This document shows, piece by piece, positions 30,572-39,948 of a DNA stretch of 64,000 nt (its first letter is position 1; every line of letters starts with the position of its first letter). The DNA comes from an uncultured delta proteobacterium (GTDB lineage: Bacteria; Desulfobacterota; Binatia; UBA9968). Where the stretch lies: contig CAWDHA010000016.1 in the NCBI GenBank assembly GCA_963801935.1, positions 75,814 to 139,813 on the forward strand. The letters run 5' to 3'. The position numbers were made by a program, and so were the translations under genes. The notes beneath the pieces are model-generated. The model had not been told where the DNA came from and searched no databases. It was given only the letters and a program-made list of their open reading frames with translations.

Positions 30572-32590
30572 TTAACCCGGATTATTCACGAGATTACGTC
30601 CCCAGGAGCAAGTCTCTCGGTCGATTGTCGGGGCGTGCGGCATCGACGCCGGCTGCTTCCGATTGTGCTCCCGCCAGGCCTGAAACATCAGAATACTCCA
30701 GAAGCGAGACGCGCGGCGGGGATTGTTGCTCTCGAGCCACGCTTGCCACTCCTGCCGGACGAGACGAGAGTCAAAAAACCCGTCGTGTCGCAGCCGCTGT
30801 TCATCGAGCAACTCCTCGGCCCATTCTCTTAAGTCGGTGCGCAGCCATTCGCCCACCGGTATTCCAAAACCCATCTTTCGGCGGTCGACGAGCTCGGCGG
30901 GCAGGTAGCGCGACAGCACACGGCGCAGCAAAATTTTTCGCTGGCCCTGCTCGATCTTCCAGGCGAGCGGCAAGGACCATGCGAAGGCGACGACATCAGC
31001 GTCGAGAAACGGAACGCGCGCTTCCAAGCTGGCGTACATGCTCGCCCGATCGACCTTCGTCAACAAATCATCGGGAAGATAGACCATCTGATCGAGGTAC
31101 ATCATCTGCACGGCAAAATGCGCCACATCCGCCCACCGCGAACGGTCGTTGAATATGGTGAGAGGCTCGTTGGCGCCCGGCACAAGGGCAATGGGTTTCG
31201 GTCCAAGCCGAGAGCGGCTCTAGGTAGAGAGTCTCATGGTTATTTACGTCAAGGCTCTTGGCCAGGTCTTGAAGCTTAGCGCGGAACGGCCGACTGCGGC
31301 GATATTGTCCAAGACGCCGCAGCAGGCTGCTAAACATCCCGCAACAGCTCCCTCCGATTCGCCCGAGCTTCCCGAACGTTTTCAATAGCCGGCGTGCCCG
31401 CGCGTACGAATCCGCTCCTAGACTGTAACGCCAATAACCCCCAAACAGCTCGTCTCCACCGTCGCCGGTCAGGCTCACTGTTACCGAGCGGCGCGCCAGT
31501 TCAGACACCAGGTACGTCGGAATCTGCGACGAATCGGCGAACGGCTCATCGTAGATTTCCGGGAGCCGGGCGATCGCCGGCACAGCATCATCGGCAGTCA
31601 CATAGATCTCGGTGTGGTCGGTGCCCAGATGGTTCGCTATGGTTCGGGCGTAACCGGCCTCGTCCCATTCTTGTTCTTAAAGCCGACGGAAAACGACTTG
31701 ACCGGCAGCCCGCTTTGCGCCTGCATGAACGTAGTCAGCGTCGAGGAATCCACGCCTCCGGAGAGAAAGACACCGACCGGAACATCCGCCAACATCTGCA
31801 GCTTCACAGAGTTCCGCAACAAAGCGTCGAGTTCCTCCTCGGCGTCTTCTTTAGAACCCGAGAACGGACGATCGAGCGCACGGCGCGCCACCTCCCTGAG
31901 CGACCAGTAGACGGTGGTTAACGGCCGGCGGTAGTCATCTGCGGCGCGGAAAGTCACGATCGTGCCGGGAAGTTGTTTCAAGACCCCTTTGTAAATGCAG
32001 TGCGGCGCCGGAATCGCATTGTGGCGCAGCAGTAAGGCCAGAGCGCCGCGATCCACCTCCGGGCAAAATTGAGGGTGATGTCTGAACGCCTTAAGTTCAG
32101 ACGCAAACAAAAGTGCTTCACCCGCGTTGCCGTAGTAAAGCGGCTTGATGCCAAAGGGGTCACGCACGAGGTGTAGATATCTTTCCTGACGATCCCAGAG
32201 TGCGAAGGCGAACATGCCGTTGCACCGTTTGACCGCGCGCTCCACACCCCAGGTTTCAAGAGCCGCCAAAAGCACCTCTGTATCCCCGTGGCCGGCAAAC
32301 ACGATGCCGCATGCCTCGAGCTCGCGGCGCAACGCCTGGTGATTGTAAACCTCGCCGTTGTAGGTGAGATAGTAGCGGCCGCTTTTGGAACACATGGGCT
32401 GGTGACCCTGCGCGGACAGATCCAGGACGGCCAAGCGGCGGTGACCGAGACCGATTCCCGCCGCCGCGTCGAACCACAGGCCGCGCGCATCGGGTCCCCT
32501 GTGCGCGAGACTGTCGGTCATGGCTGGAAGGAGGCGCTCCCAATTTTCAGCGCTTAGACCTTTTTGCAAGAACCCGGCGATGCCGCACAT
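30572..32590 (-). CDS. asnB: Asparagine synthase (glutamine-hydrolysing)-type amidotransferase, 2 apparent frameshifts (about 31672 and 31195)
   Basis: ATG at 32590 gives MCGIAGF.. (Ntn Cys2). It also carries [19 protein letters not shown], the [10 protein letters not shown]-loop, and then [12 protein letters not shown] and [19 protein letters not shown] in the two downstream frames. Confidence 0.85.
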
Positions 32591-32609
32591 GGCTGGTGTC
32601 CAACTCCCG

Positions 32610-32955
32610 CTAGAACGCATCCAGCGTGTTGACGAAATTCCGGTAACACGGCTGGCGCAGGAAGAAACCCCTGTTATCGTCGAACTCCTGCGTGACCGAC
32701 AAGGCCAGCTTCTCGCAAAACGCCGGCACATCGAACGGGTTCGCAAGCAGCACGGGATGGCAGAGCTGCCAGTTGCCGCAATTTTCGGGCGCCGAACACG
32801 AATTCAAGATAGTCGGGTTCTTCATCGCTGATGATATTGACGTACGCGACGTCCAGCCCGTCCTCTTGCATGCGCTCGAACAAGCGGTACGTCGTGGTGC
32901 TCGCTCCACCCATTCCCGGAACCGACAAACATCCGAATACGATCTTTTTCGACAT
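32610..32955 (-). CDS. Small protein resembling a GT-B N-terminal segment, apparent frameshift
   Basis: MSKKIVFGCLSVPGMGGASTTTYRLFERMQEDGLDVAYV.. (32674..33096 frame) continues as ..NCGNWQLCHPVLLANPFDVPAFCEKL.. (32610..32981 frame). Only about 115 aa. Function is unclear. Confidence 0.3.
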
Positions 32956-34255
32956 CGGTTGGGCGAGCCGCGGCTCGACACAGCCGGGCCGCATTCTGAG
33001 CAGTACGCCGTTTAGCCGGCTTGCCTGACGTGCACGCCGATGTCCGGGTATTTTCCTGAAGCAACCGGCTGGGGGCTTCGCTGGAGCGCGTCTCACAGGC
33101 CAGCTCGAGCATCAGAGCCGATGCGAAGAAGTTCGCCGCCCAACTCGGATAGTGAAAGGGCAGGTATTCGCCCCAGATCGGATGCGAACCTTTGATCGCG
33201 CCGCGCACCGCGAGGTTGCGATGGCTGGTATCCTGGGTCGCCTTGAGAAATCGCGCAATCCGCCTGCCGGCCTCATGGTAACGGCGCGAGCCGGTTGCCT
33301 GAAACAACCTGAACCACACGACCGCGGTCTGAGCATCACCGGCAAGACAGCTCCAATCAGCCGCGGGCGACCATGAGGCGTCGAACCGGCCCGCCAGGCT
33401 TCCGTCAGTCCGCTGGCGCGCGATCAGAGCACCGGCAGCCGCTGCCGCGGCTTCGATATATCGGCTCTCGTTCAGCAATAAGCCGGCTTCGAGCAACCCT
33501 TCCATCGTATAAGCGATCGTGTGGAGCAAAGGGCGTTTGTCATCTCTCAGACAACAATCGGCGAACCAGCCATTATCGTGCTGTCGCGTCAGCACGAAGT
33601 CGAGATTCCGCAGCGCCGCTTCGCGGTAGCGCTCCGGACAGGCGATCCGGGAAACCTCGAGCAGCCCCCAAGCCGTCCGCGCATCATAGACGTTGACTCC
33701 CGGACGGACGTAAGGAGAGGCGTGCCGGCGCCAGGCGCCGTCGCCATCCTGAGCCTGCACCAGGAATTCGGCCGCGCGAATCGCCGCGTCTCTGAATTGC
33801 TCGTCGCCGCTCTCGCGAAAGGCTCGGGTCCATCCAAACAGCACTTGTCCGGTATTGAAGACCGCGGCAATCGGCGGATTACCCAGAGTCAGTGCTTGAA
33901 CGGCTCCATTGGCCATCTGGACTTCGACTTCCCATCGCGCCATGCGCAGCGCCCGCTGCCGGTATCCTGTTTCACCGCTATGATCCGCATAGTTGTAAAA
34001 CGTGGGAATGATATATCCCGTGATCTCCGGATAAGCCGCCGACCAACCCCGCCGCGGATGTAAGGAATAACCAAAAGCAACGCCGCCGACGGCCGTCGCG
34101 TCCTGCGCGCGCACAAGCCACTCCATTACCTCTCGCAGATGCCACTCGGTTGCTTTAACGGATCTCTTGACGCCAAAGGCGTCCCGGTATGCGTGGCGCA
34201 ATAGCTCGAATCGGCGCCATGCACGAGAAAGCCTCTTCACGTTAGACCTAACCAT
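32822..34255 (-). CDS. Alpha/alpha-toroid protein (prenyltransferase/squalene-cyclase-repeat-like); true stop uncertain
   Basis: Repeated QxxDGxW-type motifs are present (VQAQDGDGAWRRH, LTRQHDNGWFAD, ARQRTDGSLAGRF). The last ~130 aa are Arg/Ala-rich and overlap the next gene, so the real C-terminus probably lies near 33090. Confidence 0.5.
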   Translation of the reverse strand: MVRSNVKRLSRAWRRFELLRHAYRDAFGVKRSVKATEWHLREVMEWLVRAQDATAVGGVAFGYSLHPRRGWSAAYPEITGYIIPTFYNYADHSGETGYRQRALRMARWEVEVQMANGAVQALTLGNPPIAAVFNTGQVLFGWTRAFRESGDEQFRDAAIRAAEFLVQAQDGDGAWRRHASPYVRPGVNVYDARTAWGLLEVSRIACPERYREAALRNLDFVLTRQHDNGWFADCCLRDDKRPLLHTIAYTMEGLLEAGLLLNESRYIEAAAAAAGALIARQRTDGSLAGRFDASWSPAADWSCLAGDAQTAVVWFRLFQATGSRRYHEAGRRIARFLKATQDTSHRNLAVRGAIKGSHPIWGEYLPFHYPSWAANFFASALMLELACETRSSEAPSRLLQENTRTSACTSGKPAKRRTAQNAARLCRAAARPTDVEKDRIRMFVGSGNGWSEHHDVPLVRAHARGRAGRRVRQYHQR

Positions 34256-35144
34256 TGGACTCGGTGCGGGGACGGTATGAATAACGAATCAGCCGCTCGG
34301 CGTGGCAGCGGCGATAGACCTCGATATAGGCTCTCGCGCGGAGCAGCGACAGCCGCAATGTTCCGGCCGTGCCCGTCCGCCGAAGCCCCTCACGATCCAT
34401 GCGTTCGAGCACAACCATATGGTTGCAGGTGATATTTGGATTATGGCCCCGCGTCAGCATCCAACGCTCTTCGCCGTCCCTGGTGATCAGGCGCACCGTC
34501 GTTTCGCGATCACTGTAGATGGGAAACGGAATCTGGTCCTGAATGAGATGGTCGGCTAGGTGGCGGAACGTCATCGCAGTCAAGGAGCCGAGGCTTAGAA
34601 TGAAGGCATCGCGCTCGAGCAGTTTGTGGAAGGGTGAATGCTCGTCAAACGGGGTCCGGCAACGATCATGATCCGCGGTAACCAAAGCCGCGGCGGCACC
34701 GCGGGCGGCGACGGAATGAGTAGGGTGCAGGCTCCGTTCGGTGCCGGCCATGCGCCGAAACACCTCGGGCAAGAACCCCGTTTGCGCGGGCGTGCGACGG
34801 GAATCGAACCACGGGTGTCGATCGAGATAACTCTGAGAGAAACCGCGCATTGAAAACGTCGGCATGACGACGGTGCCGGCTTCGCCCGTGATTTGGCACA
34901 GCATCTCGATGATCTCCAGCGGCGTCGCTCGTATCGAGCGCATCTGGCTGTAGGCCGCATGAACGAAGACCATTTCACCGGATTGAAGACCAAGTTTGAG
35001 AAGGGCCCGTCGCAACACCTCTTTATCGACCGAGCAGAACCGGTCGCGGTAAAGCGAAGCCGTTTTCCAGCCGGAGCTTAGCCGGGCTTTGAGGAATTGC
35101 GGAACCATCCGCTTCAAAAGAGGTCTGTTCACGGCGAGTCTCAT
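34248..35144 (-). CDS. AAC(3)-family (aminoglycoside 3-N-acetyltransferase-like) acetyltransferase
   Basis: The internal ATG at 35144 overlaps the upstream TAA. It carries GEMVFVHAAYSQM, GTVVMPTFS, RSLHPTHSVAARG and TPFDEHSPFHKL. Confidence 0.7.
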   Translation of the reverse strand: MRLAVNRPLLKRMVPQFLKARLSSGWKTASLYRDRFCSVDKEVLRRALLKLGLQSGEMVFVHAAYSQMRSIRATPLEIIEMLCQITGEAGTVVMPTFSMRGFSQSYLDRHPWFDSRRTPAQTGFLPEVFRRMAGTERSLHPTHSVAARGAAAALVTADHDRCRTPFDEHSPFHKLLERDAFILSLGSLTAMTFRHLADHLIQDQIPFPIYSDRETTVRLITRDGEERWMLTRGHNPNITCNHMVVLERMDREGLRRTGTAGTLRLSLLRARAYIEVYRRCHAERLIRYSYRPRTESNG

Positions 35145-36259
35145 TATACGGAGACCGCGGAGGTTCGCGCCGAATCGCATTCCGCCAGACAGCCGAGCAC
35201 CCGGTCGTAGACAGCCGCGCGCTGGTCCCAGGTATGATGGTCGAGAATATAGCGCGTCGCGTACTCTCGATCCCAGCTTGCCCGGGGCGCCGCGAGAACG
35301 GCATCCGCCATGGCGCGCATATCGCCCGATTCTACGACCACGCCGCAGCGCGACTCGCGCACCACATCGTCGTTGGGAAAACCCGATTCGCTCACCACCG
35401 GCAGTCCGGCGCGCAGATAGTGATAGATCTTGGTGCTCTCGTTGTTATGCATAAAGCGGCCCGCCGAAACCACGATTCCCACGTCGGCATGGTGGAAAAA
35501 ATCCCAGGTAGCCTCATACGGAAGCGATCCCAGGTAGGTAACGTGAGCCCGATCGAGGCGGCTTACGTCGCCCGATCCGAGCATGTAGAGCCGCGCGCCC
35601 CGGCCGGCCAGGCGCTTTCCCACCGCGTTCAGTTTTTCGATCAGCGCGCGATTGGCTTCCGGTTGGGAAGACTGATTGTAGATAGTCCCGGCGAAAACAC
35701 AGCGAAGTTTGCCATCATTCGGGTAAGGGTCACGTCCCCGCGGTGGAATCTCTCGATCCACGGCGCCCGGCACGAGCAGCACCCGGTCAGCCGACCCGAA
35801 GCACTCGGTCCACAAGTGCCGCGCCGGCTCGGTCAGCAAGGTAACGAACCGGCTGCGCTCGTGGATTCGTTGCTGCACCGCAAACATTTGCCGGCGATTC
35901 TCGCCGTAAAAGTGAATGCCTTCCATGTCGCGCCGCCCCACCACCGAACCGAGTTTCGAGATGATAAAGGGGTGCCGGTCGCCCCCATAGTACTCGAGCG
36001 TCTCGAACCCCTTTCCGAATAGCGTCTTGACGACGTCGTATTTCTCCCAGCGCACGCGCGCCAGCGGCACGCGCCGGAGGTTCGGCGCCATCGACAGCGG
36101 GGCGCGGCGCACCAACCAAAGCGGCTCGTTAGTGGCGATGTCGACCTGGTGCCCATGACGCGCTAGCGCTTCCGAGATCTTGAGCCAGCGGATGTAGGAC
36201 ATATCGACCGGTTTAAACCGCCGGCGCCACATTCTATAGACGGTGACAATGCGGGTCAT
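35144..36259 (-). CDS. Glycosyltransferase (GT-B-like; intact copy of a duplicated gene)
   Basis: Intact 371 aa. The C-terminal half, SAGRFMHNNESTKIYHYLRAGLPVVSE, resembles the GT1/GT4 E..E region. It is paralogous to 29428..30533. Confidence 0.55.
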   Translation of the reverse strand: MTRIVTVYRMWRRRFKPVDMSYIRWLKISEALARHGHQVDIATNEPLWLVRRAPLSMAPNLRRVPLARVRWEKYDVVKTLFGKGFETLEYYGGDRHPFIISKLGSVVGRRDMEGIHFYGENRRQMFAVQQRIHERSRFVTLLTEPARHLWTECFGSADRVLLVPGAVDREIPPRGRDPYPNDGKLRCVFAGTIYNQSSQPEANRALIEKLNAVGKRLAGRGARLYMLGSGDVSRLDRAHVTYLGSLPYEATWDFFHHADVGIVVSAGRFMHNNESTKIYHYLRAGLPVVSESGFPNDDVVRESRCGVVVESGDMRAMADAVLAAPRASWDREYATRYILDHHTWDQRAAVYDRVLGCLAECDSARTSAVSV

Positions 36260-36298
36260 CGGTTATCGAGTTTGCCGTATCGGGCGTGCGGCACGTCT

Positions 36299-37561
36299 CT
36301 ACTCCTGCCGGCCATATTTCGCATCCAGGGCAAGGTTGCTATCCGCAACGCTCCGCCGCGACCCGGCATCGGCTTCACGCAACAGGTGCGCGGTCACGAC
36401 TTCCGTCGCGCGCCCGTGGTTGGCGAAAAATCGCTCGGCAAGACGCCGGGAGCCGTGCGGTCGTTTTTCCGCGCTGTTCAGCGCACGAGGGATCATCGAT
36501 TTCAATTCGGCCGGCGACCGGGCGTGGAGGATTCCCTCGCTGATCAGTTTTATGCGCTCACGATCCAGCGCATCTTCGAACAGATCCTCGGGAAAAACCG
36601 TGATCACCGGTTTATCGAGCAGCATAAAGTCGAACGCCCGGCTCGAAATATCGGTGATGAGAAGATCTGAGTGCAAGAACGCCGGCACATCGTCGATATT
36701 GCCGTCGACCCGGACACCGGCGCGCGGGTAGCGGATCAACCTGGCGGCCCAGTCCTCCCCGTGCGCCATGGCCTTGTTGAAGCTGCAGGCATGGAGCTTG
36801 ATGACGACCTGCCAGTCGAGATAGCACAGCGCGGCGATGATCTCGTCCAGATAATCCGCGTCGCGGGCCTGAATGGCTGCCAGACCGCGCCACGACGGCG
36901 CGACCAGAGCGACTCTGCGGTCCCGCGCCAGGCCGATGCGCCGCAGATAGGTCTCACGGTCTTCCGGACAGGTCCGCAGGCGATCGAGGTACGGCAACCC
37001 CGCCACGGCGACCCGGTCACGCACGAACTCCGGAGCACAACAGCCTGCCAGGAGCTCGTAGTCGGCCTCGCCGTTGACGAGCACCAGGTCGAAATCGAAG
37101 ATCGTTTTGCGCAGCGGGTGACGTTGGAGAACGCGGCTGGCCACGCCCGCGCCGTGCTTCAACAACACCTTGCGCGTGCGCCGCAGCGGAAATCTGGCGT
37201 AAACGTCCGTGCACACGAACACGTCGTATTTGCGCCATATCGCTTGCCAGAAAAAATGGATATGAGCTTCGTCGATTTTCAAGGTGTCGCGTACAAACGC
37301 GCGCAACTCCCCAAGCGAGCGCAAGGAAAAATGCGGGTGCGGCAGAAGGATGAAGTGAACGTCGACATCGGGCGCTTCCTCCTTGAGATTGTCGATGATC
37401 GGTGCGAAGCATTGCGCGAGATGAATCGAGTAAGCCTGAAAGGCGATACATCGCCGATGCCCGGCCGCGGCGCGCGCCGGGCGAAAATTGAGCAACCCCC
37501 AAAGATTCAGCAGCCTCTCGAGCAAGAATCGCCCGAGTACGGTCGCCTGATACCAGTGCAT
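36299..37561 (-). CDS. CDP-glycerol glycerophosphotransferase family (TagB/TagF-like)
   Basis: ATG at 37561 (MHWYQ..), 17 nt after the upstream stop. It carries VALVAPSWRG, VVIKLHACS and SDLLITDISSRAFDFMLLDKPVI, which is the TagF-type C-terminal motif. Confidence 0.65.
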   Translation of the reverse strand: MHWYQATVLGRFLLERLLNLWGLLNFRPARAAAGHRRCIAFQAYSIHLAQCFAPIIDNLKEEAPDVDVHFILLPHPHFSLRSLGELRAFVRDTLKIDEAHIHFFWQAIWRKYDVFVCTDVYARFPLRRTRKVLLKHGAGVASRVLQRHPLRKTIFDFDLVLVNGEADYELLAGCCAPEFVRDRVAVAGLPYLDRLRTCPEDRETYLRRIGLARDRRVALVAPSWRGLAAIQARDADYLDEIIAALCYLDWQVVIKLHACSFNKAMAHGEDWAARLIRYPRAGVRVDGNIDDVPAFLHSDLLITDISSRAFDFMLLDKPVITVFPEDLFEDALDRERIKLISEGILHARSPAELKSMIPRALNSAEKRPHGSRRLAERFFANHGRATEVVTAHLLREADAGSRRSVADSNLALDAKYGRQE

Positions 37562-37578
37562 CTTTTTGATCCGTTCGA

Positions 37579-38748
37579 TTAAACCACGGCTCCGGCGTCC
37601 GCCAGAACGGAGCGGTAGAGCCTTGTATATCCGTCGACGGCGGCGCTCAGTTCGAAGCACCGCCGCACCGCTTCGGCGCCCCGGCAACCGAGCGCCCGGG
37701 CGGCGTCCGCGTCCCGCGCCAGCTCGAGAATATGCGCCGCGGCCATTTTTGTGTCTTCCGGCGCAAAGAGGTAGCCCGTCTCTCCGTGTGTAACCAGTTC
37801 CGGCACGCCGCCGACGCTTGCAGCGATAACCGGAACGCCCAACGCCATGGCTTCGAGCACGACGTTTGGGCACCCCTCGTCGCGCGATGTCAACAAGAGA
37901 CATCGCGCGCGCGCCAGGATCGCCATTGCTCGCCGGTGGCTCATGGCTCCGAGAAGAATAATCCGTTCGGAAAGCCGATAGCGCGAGATCAAGCGCGCCA
38001 CGGACGCACGCTCCTCTCCATCGCCCACGATATAAAGGTTGCGGTCGCAGCCGGCGTCAATCGCCGCCTTGAAGGTTTCGATCAGCAGCGGAATGCACTT
38101 GACCGGATGCAGGCGGCCGATGAAAACGAAATGGTCTGCCGGCACGTCCGCTTTCACCTGCCGCGACACGTTCAGCAACTCGGCTCGGTCCACGCCGTTG
38201 GCAATACAAATGACGTCCCGCCTCCCGAACCGCTCCCGTAACAGAGACGCCATGTGTTCGGACACCGCGGTTACCGCGTCGGCACAGCGCAGCGCGACCC
38301 GCACTCTCAACCGGCCGAGCCTGCTCTCCCGGGTTACCCAAAGATCGGTTCCCCCAAAGGTGACGATCAGTCGATATCCGAAAAGATATTTGCAGATGAC
38401 GAGCAGAAAGACGTCCAGCGTGACGAGATGCATGTGAACGATTTGCGGCGTGCTCCGGCGCAGAAAGCGCACCCATCGAAGAGCCGCGCCGGCGTAACGC
38501 CAGGAACTGGAGATAACAGCCGCCGGCCGGCGGGAGAGCAGCGGATTCGGGAAAGTGTCAACGTACGCTCTCACGCGGTCCGGCAAAGTGGCGAAGTATG
38601 GATTCTGCAGCCTGCTTCCGCGTTCGCCGTCGGAAATGAGCACCGTTCGCAGGCCCTGCAGCGAGAAGCGCCGGAGCAGCGCGTTGACCATCTGCTCGCA
38701 GCCGCCGTAACCGCGCGCATATCCGGGGCTCCAAAGCGCGATCGTCAT
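37579..38748 (-). CDS. Glycosyltransferase family 4
   Basis: FIGRLHPVKCIPLL.., LLTSRDEGCPNVVLEAMALGVPVIAASVGGVPELV..GETGYL. ATG at 38748 (MTIALWSPG..) is preferred over the longer ORF. Confidence 0.8.
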   Translation of the reverse strand: MTIALWSPGYARGYGGCEQMVNALLRRFSLQGLRTVLISDGERGSRLQNPYFATLPDRVRAYVDTFPNPLLSRRPAAVISSSWRYAGAALRWVRFLRRSTPQIVHMHLVTLDVFLLVICKYLFGYRLIVTFGGTDLWVTRESRLGRLRVRVALRCADAVTAVSEHMASLLRERFGRRDVICIANGVDRAELLNVSRQVKADVPADHFVFIGRLHPVKCIPLLIETFKAAIDAGCDRNLYIVGDGEERASVARLISRYRLSERIILLGAMSHRRAMAILARARCLLLTSRDEGCPNVVLEAMALGVPVIAASVGGVPELVTHGETGYLFAPEDTKMAAAHILELARDADAARALGCRGAEAVRRCFELSAAVDGYTRLYRSVLADAGAVV

Positions 38749-38854
38749 GGGCTGGTCCGGGGCCGGCAAATCCATGGATACGGATCTGCGTTCAATCGAT
38801 GAATCGGTAGTAGCTGGAAGGACCATGGTCAGTCGCAGGCGTTCGCCGCGCCAA

Positions 38855-39782
38855 TCATCCGAGCCATCGCAAAGGGCGAAAGGTTCGAAACACGCCCCTC
38901 ACCCGGCGCAATGCGCCCACGATCCGATCATTAATGTACCTGGGGCCGTCGCCAACGGGCGACGCCGCCCTCAAGTCGGGCATAATGAAAAAGTATCGGA
39001 GGGCGCGCATCGTGAGTTCGAATTTCCGGGGCATAGACGCGCGGAAGTTGCGGCGAAATTGTTCGAACTCGCCCGCGGACATCCGCCGGCGGTGCAATTC
39101 GCAGAAGCGGCGCACTCCCGCACGCATGGCATCGCCGCCGGGAGTGCATAGATCTCGGTCCGACGTGATGGTAGTGAGACACCAGCCGCTTACGGAGCGG
39201 CGCGTACTTGACCTCCGGGCCGATGCTCAGCCGCAGCCCGAAGTCCATATCTTCGAAGGCGCGCAATGACTCGTCGAATCCGCCGATATCACGGTAAAGC
39301 GAGCGCCGGATGATGAGATTCGAGCCGATCAGACCGCGATTCGTCGTCAGGAATTGTTCCGGTGACAGGCGGTCGGGCGCCGACTTGCCAGGACGGTCAG
39401 GAGCTTTTTCGAAGCGGTACATCAGGTCCGTGCACATAACGTCGAGTGCCTGGGATTTGAAGCGCTCGACGGCTTCCAGGAGATACTCCGGCGACCATTC
39501 GTCATCGTCGTCGAGAAATGCCAGCAGATCGCCGTTCGCGAGATCCGCGCCGGTGTTCCGCGCCCCGCTCACTCCGGGCGCATGCGAGTTCTTGACCAGC
39601 AAGGCCGGCGCGAATCCGCAACCGTCCACTACTCGCCGGACCGCGTCGTGTTCGCGCCGCTCGCCGTCAAGCACGACGATCAGTTCGGACGGGGCGGCCC
39701 GCTGCGCGACCACCGATCGCAACGCGCGCGCCAGCAACAGCGGCCGGCCGCAAGTGGGAATGATCGCGGTGACACGGAGCAT
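38855..39782 (-). CDS. Glycosyltransferase family 2, one apparent frameshift near 39140
   Basis: VTAIIPTCGRPLLLARALRSVVAQ, LIVVLDG, ARNTGADLANGDLLAFLDDDDEW and FEDMDF. The C-terminus continues in the 38855..39127 frame. Confidence 0.75.
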
Positions 39783-39832
39783 GATGGTTTATGGAACGGA
39801 CGAGATCTCCCAAGGAGTTAACGGGTTGTTCG

Positions 39833-39943
39833 TTATGGTAAGACGGCGGCGATTCCCGCAGCCGTGGCGAGTTTCGAAAGCCCGCTGGTGTTCGCGAAAG
39901 CCGGCTGCGGCCCGCTTTGTTTTTCCTGCCGGATTTCAGTCAT
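39833..39943 (-). CDS. Candidate 36-aa small ORF immediately downstream of the radical SAM gene
   Basis: MTEIRQEKQSGPQPAFANTSGLSKLATAAGIAAVLP. Its ATG is 5 nt after the radical SAM TGA, and that stop lies within a GAGGA Shine-Dalgarno (TGAGGAAAATG). It fills most of an otherwise unexplained 166-nt gap in a tightly packed operon. No homology evidence. Confidence 0.25.
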   Translation of the reverse strand: MTEIRQEKQSGPQPAFANTSGLSKLATAAGIAAVLP

Positions 39944-39948
39944 TTTCC

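Noticed and set aside
26459-32590. A PF14907-like nucleotidyltransferase, an ABC exporter and an Asn-synthetase homologue together resemble accessory sets of lasso-peptide/RiPP clusters.
   Set aside because: The AsnB-type protein keeps the catalytic N-terminal Cys (MCGIAG) and PP-loop of true glutamine amidotransferases. I saw no transglutaminase-like leader protease, PqqD-like RRE or plausible precursor. Glycan genes surround it on both sides, so a sugar/uronamide amidotransferase role fits better.
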